Shown here one piece after another: positions 32,803-42,049 of a stretch of DNA of 46,501 nt. Every line of letters starts with the position of its first letter. The first letter of the stretch is position 1. The notes beneath the pieces are model-generated. The model saw only the letters and a program-made list of their open reading frames with translations, had not been told where the DNA came from and did not search any database. The translations under genes and the position numbers were made by a program. This DNA is from a virus, in the IMG/VR virus record IMGVR_UViG_3300047333_000105, positions 1 through 46,501 of that record; one strand, written 5' to 3'.

Positions 32803-33201
32803 TTAGAGTTTGAAGGTTGAGACGTCGTACTTAGTTTGTCTTTTATAGTTCGGGTTAGTAGACCCAAGACATACAGAAGTATTCCCATCGAGATTGTCAA
32901 AAGGTACAAGCCAAATATCCTTCATGTTAGTAAACGCAAAGTATTCAAACTCGCCTTTAGTATACAAGGGTTTGCTATTTTTATTTCTAGAAGAGATACG
33001 AGCTTGAAGATACTCGTACTTTCCTGTCTTAGTTGAAGTAGCTTTCTTTACCTGAACTCTAGAGAATATTCCGCCTTTCTCGATAGCAAGATCATATCTG
33101 CATTGAGTTCCATAGGGCCAAAGAATTGTATATTCAAGTTTAGATAATTCAAGCGCTACAAAAAGTTCGGCTTGGACGCCGGATAAGTGTTTGTTATTCA
33201 T
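32803..33201 (-). CDS. Free-standing PD-(D/E)XK endonuclease (PDDEXK_5 / intron-endonuclease-like)
   Basis: AELFVALELSK...RYDLAIEKGG..SRVQVKK provides the D...(E/Q)-x-K core. The gene starts 4 nt after the DNA polymerase stop. Confidence 0.55.
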   Translation of the reverse strand: MNNKHLSGVQAELFVALELSKLEYTILWPYGTQCRYDLAIEKGGIFSRVQVKKATSTKTGKYEYLQARISSRNKNSKPLYTKGEFEYFAFTNMKDIWLVPFDNLDGNTSVCLGSTNPNYKRQTKYDVSTFKL

Positions 33202-33204
33202 AGA

Positions 33205-35076
33205 CTAATGCGTTTCTGCCCAGGTAAGTCCGACTTTGGCGTCGCAGTCGATCGGTAGATTGTAGTTAAAAAACTCCCCAGAAAGGCGGAAAGCAGTGCG
33301 ACACAGATCAATAAAAGCATCTACGTGTTCCTTTAAGACATCAAATTGAAACTCGTCATGGATGTCACCAACTTTCAAAACATCTAGTCCGGCTTTCCGT
33401 ACAAGAGAGTTGAGGGTGATGGCGGCTTTTTTCATGATTCTACTTTCGTCTCCTTGTAGGAGGTAGCCAAGGCGCGTGTGTGGTCGGTCGACGATAACGG
33501 GAGTCCCGTCACAAAGCTTAATCCTTCCAGTTCGATCCACCTGTCGTGCAAGGTCATCAAGTAGACGTCCAAGTCCAGGGAAGCCTGAGACAAAGCGAGC
33601 TTTAACTTCTTTGCCAGCTCTTGCTGAATCCCCAATGATTTGTCCGACTTTTGCATCTCCTGCCCCCAGGAGAAAAGAGTAGATAAATGTCTTTGCAACA
33701 GCTCTTGTTGCAAAACCTCCAACCTCTTGGTTGTAACTGTGAGGGTCGCCTCCGAGGACTGCATCAGTGAACTCCTTGTTATTTAGATAATGAGCGAGAA
33801 CACGTAGTTGGATACCTTTAGCATCAACACCCACAAGACGACGACGTAGCTTATCACGAGTGACCCATAGAGCACGGGATTCATAAGTAAATACGCCGTC
33901 CTCACCATACCGGACAACCTCTTCGCCATCGACTTTCTTAATCCGTACGGCAGGAATATTGGCAGTATTAGGAGAGGAATGCTTATAGCGAAGAGTGTTG
34001 GCAAGCCACAAAGACCCGTGAATACACCCGGTGTCATGGTTGTACGCCTCCATCCAAGTGTTAATCATGTTGCCACGGGCGTTATAATCCAACCACTCCG
34101 CTATAAGCTTTACTCCGGGGTTGTCTGTACTGTCGACGAACCTTTGGAGTGAAGGTGCCAGCTTTCCCTTGACAACTGGTTGAGGTCGCCCAGTCTTAGT
34201 AACTTCGTCTTTTTCGTTGACCCAACCGAGAGCAAGTAGCTTTTCCAGTCTTTGATCTGGGCTTCCAATATTGAAAGAGACGTAATCAAAGACGATATAT
34301 CCTCCGTCGTTGGACAACTGAACTTTGGGAAACTGTTCAAGATGTCGTAGATAACCTGCTGTGAAGCTGCCATCCTTTTTATATGCCTGTTTATAGGCAC
34401 GGATATACTGTAATTCTGGAGGCCAGATTTCATGTACTCGTCCAGCGATGTCATTTTCTATTCCTCTAACTTTGGAGTACAACGACATCGCTTCTGGATA
34501 GTTAAAAGCGAAGCCATTCTTCTGTTGTTGTTGTATCAGTTGCCACGACCGATGTTCAATCTCAAGACCTACATCTGTCAGCCCCGCCTTGATACACCGA
34601 TGCAGCAAAGCCATGTACACTTTCATACAGAGGATGGCGTCGTTCAGGCAATAATCTTCCTGCTCTTGAGACCACTTCGAGAAGTCAGAGTGATCTCCCT
34701 TCGGATGTTTAATACGAAGACCCCAAGCGCCCAGACTATGGCCATCAGGAATGGAAGGGCTATACACCATAGACATGACCAGGGTGTCAACCAAGTCAGC
34801 AATAGTGAGAGAGGTGCCCAGAAGACGATTAAGAGTAGGGGCGTCATATCCAATAATGTTGTGGCCAACGAATCGACATCCTTCTTTCTTTCGGGCATCG
34901 ATCCACTCCCTTATATCCTTCGAAGTACGAAAACGTACCTCTTCCTTTGTATCAAGCTTGACTGCACAGAGACACCAGATGACCGTGCTTGGTATGAGAT
35001 CGCCTTCGATGTCGATAGACCACAGTTTCGACAAGTCGGTTGTCAAATACTTAAGCCCAGGGTTGGTCACTCTCAT
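33205..35076 (-). CDS. Family A (T7-like) DNA polymerase with 3'-5' exonuclease domain
   Basis: Exo I WSIDIEGD, motif A VGVDAKGIQLRVLAH, motif B RAVAKTFIYSFLLGAG and motif C GDIHDEFQF. ATG 35076 has GGGAGGA 8 nt upstream. Confidence 0.95.
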   Translation of the reverse strand: MRVTNPGLKYLTTDLSKLWSIDIEGDLIPSTVIWCLCAVKLDTKEEVRFRTSKDIREWIDARKKEGCRFVGHNIIGYDAPTLNRLLGTSLTIADLVDTLVMSMVYSPSIPDGHSLGAWGLRIKHPKGDHSDFSKWSQEQEDYCLNDAILCMKVYMALLHRCIKAGLTDVGLEIEHRSWQLIQQQQKNGFAFNYPEAMSLYSKVRGIENDIAGRVHEIWPPELQYIRAYKQAYKKDGSFTAGYLRHLEQFPKVQLSNDGGYIVFDYVSFNIGSPDQRLEKLLALGWVNEKDEVTKTGRPQPVVKGKLAPSLQRFVDSTDNPGVKLIAEWLDYNARGNMINTWMEAYNHDTGCIHGSLWLANTLRYKHSSPNTANIPAVRIKKVDGEEVVRYGEDGVFTYESRALWVTRDKLRRRLVGVDAKGIQLRVLAHYLNNKEFTDAVLGGDPHSYNQEVGGFATRAVAKTFIYSFLLGAGDAKVGQIIGDSARAGKEVKARFVSGFPGLGRLLDDLARQVDRTGRIKLCDGTPVIVDRPHTRLGYLLQGDESRIMKKAAITLNSLVRKAGLDVLKVGDIHDEFQFDVLKEHVDAFIDLCRTAFRLSGEFFNYNLPIDCDAKVGLTWAETH

Positions 35077-36664
35077 GGGCAGTTCCTCCCTCTTCGTAGA
35101 TGTCAACCAGTTCCTGTGTCAACTCCGTAAGACGGTTAGTCTCCGGGTTGTACTCAAGCCAGAGACACGGTCCAGTACGACCACAAAATCTGTTTTTCTC
35201 AATGGTAACAACTGTAATGTTACGACGCCACTGTTCTTTAGCTTTCTTATCGCGATAAAGAGACATATGGATGTTAGCAACCTTTTCCGGGCCCGCCGAA
35301 CCACGCGCCATTCCTGCTCTATTCGTATGGATGACGCATAGTACCGCAATGTTCAACTCCATTGTCATAGTCTTGAGTTTCGTACTGATCTCGTCGAGCT
35401 GTTTCCTCTCGTCACCTGACTGGTCAGATACGATGATGGAGAGATGGTCGATGACGATGTACTTACAACCGAGAGCAACCATATGACGAATCTTGTTGAG
35501 AATTTCGTCGATGTCGTTGCTACCGAAATGATCGTAGAAGATGGCACGATTATGGTCTAGGACCTCCCCATGAGCCTTTACGATATCTTCAGGAGTAAAT
35601 GGAGTATCAGGAAGATGATAAGGCTTGCTGTCGTGTATGCTAAGCAAGCCCAGAGCAGTGTCGTGATTAGGTTCCTCAAGATGTAAAAAGCCAACTCCGT
35701 ATCCTTCCTTGACGATATCAGGGTTCATCAGAAGACAATACTCAATCTCTTTGAGCACGGACGTCTTACCTACGCCGGTGTCTGCCATAAGAAGTACGGC
35801 CTCTGACAGCCGCATCCCATACGTCATCTTGTTCAGACCTTGCCAAGGATATGGCACACAGAAATGGTTAGGACGATTGAGAATCTCTTCGGCCATATCA
35901 CGACCCATCTTGAGACCGTCCGGCTTAAAGGTAGGAGCCTGCCACCATTCTCGTACAAACCCTTCACCCTCTTTGTTCCGAAGGTAATCGTTGGGATCGT
36001 TGTACTTACGCAGTGAGAGAGTCTTGATCTTACCGATCTCGAAACCTACGTTGCAGACATCCTTCATAGCCTTCTTACCTGCGTCGTCGTTGTCGAAACA
36101 GAAGACGATGTTGTCGAAGGAGTTGAGATATTCGAAGTCTCGCTTGACGTCTTGTACAGCAGTCGAAGAGCTATGGACAGAGACTACTGGCCACTTAGAG
36201 CCCATCATCTGATAAGCCGCTGCTGCGTCGTCCTGACCTTCTACGACAGTGATATACTTACCTCCCGGCGGGAAGGCGTGACGACCAAAGAGACCTGCCC
36301 CCTTGATGGACCCTTCGTACGCAAACTGTTTGTGGGGTCCGCGGATTTTATTACCGACGTGGTTGCCTTCGATGTCGAAGATCGGGTACTTCGCAAGATA
36401 CTTGGCTCCTTCGCTTCCTACATCGATACCATAACGCTTCACCGTCTCGGCTACAAAGCCGCGTTCAGGAAAAGGACGGAAGACAGATGTCATAGGAGTG
36501 AAAGGTTTATCGGTTGTCACTTCTGGGGCTGCCAGACTCATATCGTCAGCCTTATCTGGTGGAATGTTACATTTACACGAGAAGCATTTGCCCCAGCCGT
36601 TGCTCTGAATACTGTAGGCATCACGAGAGGGACAGCGGGGGCATGGAAGGTGTGTCTGTTTCAT
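35051..36664 (-). CDS. Bifunctional primase-helicase (T7 gp4-like)
   Basis: Zn ribbon CPRCPS...CFSC, TOPRIM motifs VVEGQDDAAAA and FDNDDAGKKA, Walker A MADTGVGKTS, Walker B YIVIDHLS. Confidence 0.95.
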   Translation of the reverse strand: MKQTHLPCPRCPSRDAYSIQSNGWGKCFSCKCNIPPDKADDMSLAAPEVTTDKPFTPMTSVFRPFPERGFVAETVKRYGIDVGSEGAKYLAKYPIFDIEGNHVGNKIRGPHKQFAYEGSIKGAGLFGRHAFPPGGKYITVVEGQDDAAAAYQMMGSKWPVVSVHSSSTAVQDVKRDFEYLNSFDNIVFCFDNDDAGKKAMKDVCNVGFEIGKIKTLSLRKYNDPNDYLRNKEGEGFVREWWQAPTFKPDGLKMGRDMAEEILNRPNHFCVPYPWQGLNKMTYGMRLSEAVLLMADTGVGKTSVLKEIEYCLLMNPDIVKEGYGVGFLHLEEPNHDTALGLLSIHDSKPYHLPDTPFTPEDIVKAHGEVLDHNRAIFYDHFGSNDIDEILNKIRHMVALGCKYIVIDHLSIIVSDQSGDERKQLDEISTKLKTMTMELNIAVLCVIHTNRAGMARGSAGPEKVANIHMSLYRDKKAKEQWRRNITVVTIEKNRFCGRTGPCLWLEYNPETNRLTELTQELVDIYEEGGTAHESDQPWA

Positions 36665-36867
36665 ACAGGTTCTTTCAAAGGTCCTTCACAAAGATCACCC
36701 GGTTCGATTTTGTTGTCGTCATAAATCCAATGACCCATAGACCAATCTGCCACATACCAAGCGGAGGCATCGCCGGGAACACTTCTATCGAGTTTGACTA
36801 GATATCCTTCATAATCAAGAAAGATCATATCAGGTTCAAGTTCGTTACGTCTGCTATACCAATCCAT
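36661..36867 (-). CDS. Hypothetical protein (68 aa)
   Basis: The track ORF starts at 36999, upstream of promoter P4. ATG 36867 (MDWYSRRNEL...) has GAGGAGAGG 4 nt upstream and lies 19 nt after the predicted P4 start site. Confidence 0.65.
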   Translation of the reverse strand: MDWYSRRNELEPDMIFLDYEGYLVKLDRSVPGDASAWYVADWSMGHWIYDDNKIEPGDLCEGPLKEPV

Positions 36868-36892
36868 AAACCTCTCCTCAACCTGTACGAGT

Positions 36893-36921
36893 ATTATACC
36901 ATATTTAGTCTGACTTGTCAA
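36893..36921 (-). promoter_or_regulatory. Consensus sigma70 promoter P4 with extended -10
   Basis: The minus strand reads TTGACA, a 17-nt spacer ending in tatgg, then TATAAT. Its leader actcgtacaggttgaggagagg is shared with P2 and P3. Confidence 0.8.
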
Positions 36922-37123
36922 GGTAAATATTAATAGGTTGCTCATCTTTTTCAAGGATGCCTTCCTTTTCAAGGGCATAGGTAACTTCATCCTCGTCAAG
37001 AGGGTCTGAAAAAACCTCCGCGATTGCGATCAGACAGGTAGGACAAGGGTCCCAGTCTTTGTGTTCGTTGTTGTACGAGACTTGTTCTCCTGTGAGAACA
37101 TGAGAGCAAATGTAACACTGCAT
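36905..37123 (-). CDS. Zinc-ribbon protein (72 aa)
   Basis: CYIC...CPTC. The start overlaps the ATP-grasp stop (TGATG). Confidence 0.65.
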   Translation of the reverse strand: MQCYICSHVLTGEQVSYNNEHKDWDPCPTCLIAIAEVFSDPLDEDEVTYALEKEGILEKDEQPINIYLDKSD

Positions 37124-37959
37124 CAGATAAATCCTTTAAAGAAATTGGCATAGTCAGTGACAGTCTTGCCAGTCAGACCAGGGGCTGTGTTAATCTCTAG
37201 AGCAAGAGCTTGCCCTCCAGTTGTGACGACAACGTCGACTGCGCCAAAGTCGAGACCCGTTGCTTCCAGACATCGCAATGCCACTTTCCGAGCTGAAGGT
37301 GGTACACTAATTCCTTCTCGTTGGAAAATGAATCCGTTGTCATGGCTTCGGATACGCCAGTCAGTTGGTTCTGTTCCATGCTTTGCTACCTTCTGTTGTT
37401 CTGAGATGACTGTGAATACATAGTCAGGATCGGGATTTCCTATGACGTCGATATCTGTTTGAGGCATATACCTCTTGCCGACATGGATACGAAATTCTTT
37501 CTTCTTCTTCATATACCGTACGTAGAGAGGGGCATCGACGAGATCATCAGGAGTGTCAGCGATAACGATACCTTCCCCTGAGTGGCCGTTGAGAACCGTA
37601 CGACAGACGATTGGATAAGCTCCTGCCGGAATGTACTCCTTGTCAGTCCAGAAATCAGGAACGAGATTGTCTTCGATCTCCAGGCTGACAGTAAACTCCT
37701 TCATGAGTTGAAAGAATTTAAGCTTGTCGACTGCTTCTCTCACTTTGAGCGGACTGTTGAGAATTTTGACAGACACTCCTTCCGGTGCCGTGATGTTATG
37801 CAAAGAATGAAACTCAGAAGAACCCCAATTGATTACGACGGAGTCCTCCTTGATCTTCCACTTCGAATCTACAAGACGAAGAGCTTTGACATCAAGGGCT
37901 TCGCAGAGAGCTTTGACACTCTTGCTTCCGGTTTTGTAAGGGAGAATTTTAACGGACAT
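37123..37959 (-). CDS. ATP-grasp ligase (RimK-like)
   Basis: PIVCRTVLNGHSGEGIVI, KKEFRIHV and LDFGAVDVVV...ALEINTAPGL (the E-x-N Mg/ATP motif). Confidence 0.85.
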   Translation of the reverse strand: MSVKILPYKTGSKSVKALCEALDVKALRLVDSKWKIKEDSVVINWGSSEFHSLHNITAPEGVSVKILNSPLKVREAVDKLKFFQLMKEFTVSLEIEDNLVPDFWTDKEYIPAGAYPIVCRTVLNGHSGEGIVIADTPDDLVDAPLYVRYMKKKKEFRIHVGKRYMPQTDIDVIGNPDPDYVFTVISEQQKVAKHGTEPTDWRIRSHDNGFIFQREGISVPPSARKVALRCLEATGLDFGAVDVVVTTGGQALALEINTAPGLTGKTVTDYANFFKGFI

Positions 37960-37961
37960 GA

Positions 37962-39065
37962 TTAATCCTCGTCTGGGTCATAGTTCGACGTAGTCGGGTA
38001 TTCTTCTGAAATGTCTGGAATAGAAAACCAACCATTGGCTTGAACAGTTGCAGGAGGTTGAGCCGAAAGAGGCGGGTAGACAGGTACATTAACCAGAAGA
38101 GAATGCAACTCTGCCTCTGTCATTCCATAAGCCGAAGCTACATTTCCCAATTTCTTCTTCGGGCGACCGAAAGGATCATCCTGATTTACAACGGGGACAA
38201 AAACAGACCAGTCCCGACAGAAACAGATGTCCTGTGCCATACGGATGCCTTCGTACAGAGAGGCAGAGATTTGGTCGTCGTTCCAGTCTATACCCTCACG
38301 GACGATATCATAGGTATCTCCGAGAATATTCCGCATGAAGAAGAGAGGACCACCGTACGAGAATGAGTTGCAAACTTCCCGAGGATCGGGGAACTGCTCA
38401 GAGAACTCATAGAGACGACGATTGATAGCCACCCAGTCAAGAATAAGCTGAGGATCAGTGGCACCACGAAGGTAACGATTTTCGAGAGAACCGAACTTCG
38501 CCAGAGCTTGGATATTAAGACCTGCGTAATGGAGACCTTCGTGGAGGGTTGTATCTCCATCTTTTTGGATAAACCTCTTCAGGGTTTGTACGATATTGGG
38601 GGCGTCCTTGGCACGAAGACAGAAAAGATTACCTACGCGATGATCACCGGCCCATTCAGAGAGGATTTCTTCGAGAGCGAACCACATCGCCGTAAACGAG
38701 GCAAGACGGTTGACATTCCAGAGACCAACATTGAGATGGACGTGAACAGAAGTCCTGTTCGACTCATCCAATTCGGTTCCAAAATCCTTGAATATAGTCC
38801 ACAAGCTCTTGAGGGCTTCAGGAACTTCATCGAACAAGATAGGATTGGAGAGGACATATTCGGCGTTATCTTCGCCACGGAGAGAATGATCTTCATGATA
38901 TGACCAGTAAGGTTCGAGCTTGGGCCCACTCTTGTAGAACTTGTTGCCCTCGCATTCGATCTCCAGTCCGATATCACCGAAGACCTTCCCTTTACCCATC
39001 AGGTTTCTGATCTCTTCGCCGTACACTTTCTCTTTCAGTGTAGGTATAAAAACTGGATGAGCCAT
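37962..39065 (-). CDS. Amidoligase (GS-like COOH-NH2 ligase, Amidoligase_2-type), paralogue 1
   Basis: GLEIECEG, NRTSVHVHLN and GSLENRYLRG follow the G-x-E-x-E / S-x-H-x-H / E-x-R pattern of this family. ATG 39065 overlaps the upstream stop (TGATG). Confidence 0.6.
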   Translation of the reverse strand: MAHPVFIPTLKEKVYGEEIRNLMGKGKVFGDIGLEIECEGNKFYKSGPKLEPYWSYHEDHSLRGEDNAEYVLSNPILFDEVPEALKSLWTIFKDFGTELDESNRTSVHVHLNVGLWNVNRLASFTAMWFALEEILSEWAGDHRVGNLFCLRAKDAPNIVQTLKRFIQKDGDTTLHEGLHYAGLNIQALAKFGSLENRYLRGATDPQLILDWVAINRRLYEFSEQFPDPREVCNSFSYGGPLFFMRNILGDTYDIVREGIDWNDDQISASLYEGIRMAQDICFCRDWSVFVPVVNQDDPFGRPKKKLGNVASAYGMTEAELHSLLVNVPVYPPLSAQPPATVQANGWFSIPDISEEYPTTSNYDPDED

Positions 39066-39820
39066 CAAACAATCCTTCCAAAATATTCAGTTGCTGCAAT
39101 GACTTCAGTAAGATACTTGAAGTCGTCGCCAAGTTTCAGCAAAGTCTTGTCACATTGAGGAAAAACACCTACGACATCCCCCTTATAGGCAAGGAAGAGC
39201 ATCCCAATAGGTCCTCGAACAAGTGCCAACTTTCTGTCAAAAGCTACACCCCGGTTGGAGATTTCGGGATTGTTCAGAGCTTCGAAAGTCTCATCGATAG
39301 TAGGATAGTTACCCAAGATAGTGTCTGCCAACTCGTTTGACAAGAGTCCAACCTGACGATCTCGATAGGTATTCCCTCCGAGACAAACAGGAATCTGTGA
39401 GAGACTCTGGCTATTCAGTCCCTGCTCTGTACGACGAGTAGGGGCCCTTTCTACATAGACACACCTACCGTCGATGTTCACAAAACCGAGAGGAAATGGC
39501 CGGAACTTATTGAAATGAGGAGAATTCATCTGTTTCCTGATGACCTTCGAATGAGGTTTCATACCAAGGTATTCGTCACAAAGAGGTCCAACGGAAGGGT
39601 TATCTCCGCTGTTCTTCGAGATGCCGTCGAAAGGGGAGAAACGCTGCTCACTCACTTTGGCATCACAGAGAGGTTCCATATACACCCTAAAGATGTTGTC
39701 ACCCATGTGGTTGGCTACAGCAAGGACGTGGTAGGGGTGTCCGTCGTAGAGAATGACGGTACCCTTGATCCTCTTGTTTGCCTCAGGAAGAGACTCATAG
39801 AAGTTGGGATATTTAGCCAT
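39065..39820 (-). CDS. Uncharacterised protein (251 aa) embedded between the two amidoligase paralogues
   Basis: Intact ORF overlapping both neighbours by 1-8 nt. No motif recognised. Confidence 0.7.
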   Translation of the reverse strand: MAKYPNFYESLPEANKRIKGTVILYDGHPYHVLAVANHMGDNIFRVYMEPLCDAKVSEQRFSPFDGISKNSGDNPSVGPLCDEYLGMKPHSKVIRKQMNSPHFNKFRPFPLGFVNIDGRCVYVERAPTRRTEQGLNSQSLSQIPVCLGGNTYRDRQVGLLSNELADTILGNYPTIDETFEALNNPEISNRGVAFDRKLALVRGPIGMLFLAYKGDVVGVFPQCDKTLLKLGDDFKYLTEVIAATEYFGRIV

Positions 39821-40814
39821 GATAACCTTCCTTCACGATAGTTTTCAAAGGATAATTCCGACCGTACTCAAAATCCTGGTCGCGGCGAGAAGAGTTGATA
39901 GACTTACAGAGGAGTCTGTTGGCATCACTACCACATTTCTCCGGCAAGTAGAGAACCGACATATCCCAGATGGCTTGGTTCATTCGATCCCAGACAGCTC
40001 TACGAAGAGGTTTGTTCGTCAACCAAAAGTTGGACAGAACACGATACTCGACGCCATAGCTTTTGTATCGACATGCCCCTGCCTGGCCGTACAGGGAACG
40101 ACGGATGTTGTTCTTGTCGTTCAAAAGAGACCAGTAGCCGAGATACCAGTCGAGTTGCTTCACAAGGTCGGAGCAATGGTTGAGATGATCGATATCCTTC
40201 GAGAGATCGACATCTTGAGTCCAGCCGATATGGAGATGACCACTCGCTGTACGGACACGTTCGAGATCACCAATAGGTTTCGGGGAAGGATTCTGCTCAT
40301 TCGTCCAGCCGTTGAAGTCGGGATTACATCCAAGGACCTTAGCAGCAGGAGGGATACGTTCCCATTCCTCGATGTCATACTTGACAGAAGGTACGGCAGA
40401 AAGTTTGTAACCTTTTGGCAAGAAGGTTAGAAGACTTTTCATAACTTGGGTGATGTTGCGGTCGAAGTCTTCGAAGTTATCGACGGGATCGATGTTGAAT
40501 TCGGCGGCAGTGCCGTCAACTTGGATAGCTCCGTAGGGAACCTTGTAAGGCTCGTCCTTCGTTCCAGGCAACAGATCGTGTGCAGATACGACACGACCTT
40601 CGGTGTTGAGAACAAACAACTCTGGATCACACCCAAACGTGAATCCCGGCAGTGGTTTGATTGGAGCTTTCACGACGTAGACCTTTCTTGTAAAGAGGTT
40701 AGATATGGTTGAGAAGGGATTGGATGGCTTGAGGAAGGATAGGCAATTCAGGCATGATGAGACGATTCTGTCGGGGATCGACTGAACACTCAGGACAGAG
40801 GATGAGGTCGTCAT
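39813..40814 (-). CDS. Amidoligase-like protein, paralogue 2
   Basis: FGCDPELF, RTASGHLHIG and YGVEYRVLS align with the three motifs of paralogue 1. ATG 40814 would overlap the GATase gene by 116 nt. An alternative GTG at 40673, with AGAAAGG upstream, gives 286 aa and no overlap. Confidence 0.55.
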   Translation of the reverse strand: MTTSSSVLSVQSIPDRIVSSCLNCLSFLKPSNPFSTISNLFTRKVYVVKAPIKPLPGFTFGCDPELFVLNTEGRVVSAHDLLPGTKDEPYKVPYGAIQVDGTAAEFNIDPVDNFEDFDRNITQVMKSLLTFLPKGYKLSAVPSVKYDIEEWERIPPAAKVLGCNPDFNGWTNEQNPSPKPIGDLERVRTASGHLHIGWTQDVDLSKDIDHLNHCSDLVKQLDWYLGYWSLLNDKNNIRRSLYGQAGACRYKSYGVEYRVLSNFWLTNKPLRRAVWDRMNQAIWDMSVLYLPEKCGSDANRLLCKSINSSRRDQDFEYGRNYPLKTIVKEGYHG

Positions 40815-41862
40815 GGTTCGCTACTGTAACCCCGATAGTATCGACAGTAATATCAGCATTACACCAAGAACAACCATAACTAGCCAGCTCTGCGAACCGG
40901 TCGAGGGAGAGATGTCCTGCGAAAGGATCGTCCTTGTCCGCAACGAGGTTGATGAACTGTACCCCTGTGCTGGTGCTACCAGTCGAGCCAAGGGTTGTCG
41001 ATGAGTTCTTGTTCTGTGTACTCCCCGAGTGCCCTGTGGTGGTACCATGGTGATGAAAAGGGGTAGTCCCGGTGCTGTAGTGAGTTACAGCCGGGGTAGG
41101 CTCCTTTCCCTTGAGTTGACCTTTCTTGGCGTAGGCAAGAGGATAATCCATATCCGCCTTGTCGCGGAGCTTGTTGAGATCGAAGGTGTACAACTCGTCG
41201 ATATCGGTGGCGAAGTAGGTATACCCTTCCGCCGACTGAGCCATGTCATACTTCGACGTCGACAAACCGATTGCAGCCTGTATCATAGGCCACTCCGACG
41301 CCCACATCACCTGCTGGTGGTTTTTCGAGACTGCCGTCCAAAAAGACCGCTCCTTGTTGCGGAGGAAGTTGACGGTATTCTCGTTTTTGTCGTACCAGAC
41401 AAGGGCCCAGGCTCCTTGGAGGAGAGGGATTGTCTTGTGTACGCCAAACCGAGCGATATGGGTGAAGATAGCAAGGGAATCGACATCAAATTTTTCTCCG
41501 AGTTCGTCTTCCAACTCCATATGAGACAAGATGGAGAGAGTTCCGTTGTGGGCACCGATGATGTGATCCACTACGAAAGGATGGGCGTTGTTGGCGTTGA
41601 CCTTGCCCTTCGTCGCTGCCCGGTTGTGACCGATGAAGACAGAGCTTGCCGTACCCGAGAGGGCGGTGTCAAACTTCTTGCTGTCGAACAGGTCGAGAGG
41701 ATGACTGGCAATCTTGACGACATGGGTATCTTTCGTGGCATGTCGAACTGCCGCAAAGCCGGTCGAGTCCGTGCCTCGGAAGTAGTCATAGAGCATGAGA
41801 CGCTTCATTGTCGCCTCGTCGCGGTGTTCTAACACACCCATAAGTCCCACGAGCCCACACAT
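40699..41862 (-). CDS. Class II (Ntn) glutamine amidotransferase-like enzyme with a low-complexity linker and C-terminal Cys4 ribbon
   Basis: The N-terminus MCGLVGLMG carries the Cys2 nucleophile; FRGTDSTGFA is also present. The linker is TPFHHHGTTTGHSGSTQNKNSSTTLGSTGSTSTG and the C-terminus contains CSWC...CPEC. AAAGGA SD. Confidence 0.8.
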   Translation of the reverse strand: MCGLVGLMGVLEHRDEATMKRLMLYDYFRGTDSTGFAAVRHATKDTHVVKIASHPLDLFDSKKFDTALSGTASSVFIGHNRAATKGKVNANNAHPFVVDHIIGAHNGTLSILSHMELEDELGEKFDVDSLAIFTHIARFGVHKTIPLLQGAWALVWYDKNENTVNFLRNKERSFWTAVSKNHQQVMWASEWPMIQAAIGLSTSKYDMAQSAEGYTYFATDIDELYTFDLNKLRDKADMDYPLAYAKKGQLKGKEPTPAVTHYSTGTTPFHHHGTTTGHSGSTQNKNSSTTLGSTGSTSTGVQFINLVADKDDPFAGHLSLDRFAELASYGCSWCNADITVDTIGVTVANHDDLILCPECSVDPRQNRLIMPELPILPQAIQSLLNHI

Positions 41863-41913
41863 TATAGAATTCCTTTCAAATTCAAAAGGTTATGAAATAG
41901 TTAAAAATAAAGC

Positions 41914-41942
41914 TTGACAAAAAGCCAAAAGTGTGGTATAAT
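41914..41942 (+). promoter_or_regulatory. Consensus sigma70 promoter P2 on the plus strand, inside the minus-strand arm (orphan, antisense-facing)
   Basis: TTGACA (41914-41919), a 17-nt spacer ending in tgtgg, then TATAAT (41937-41942). Its leader atccgtacaggatgaggagagg is almost identical to those of P3 and P4. Confidence 0.75.
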
Positions 41943-41977
41943 ATCCGTACAGGATGAGGAGAGGTGATGGTAAGTTT

Positions 41978-42049
41978 ATTGTTTATAGTATATTGTTTAT
42001 TATATACTATCTAACAATAGGGCCTATCAAGATTATCTAACAATAGGGC
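41978..42049 (+). repeat. AT-rich block homologous to 3482-3556, followed by two exact 16-bp direct repeats (iteron-like)
   Basis: attgtttatagtatattgtttattatatactat (41978-42010). TATCTAACAATAGGGC occurs at 42008-42023 and 42034-42049. The whole block is bracketed by the 9-bp inverted repeat GATGGTAAG (41966-41974) / CTTACCATC (42061-42069). Confidence 0.85.

Noticed and set aside
32613-32909. 98-aa minus-strand ORF downstream of the PD-(D/E)XK nuclease.
   Set aside because: No usable start codon exists after the nuclease stop. It is recorded as an oddity in the findings rather than as a gene.
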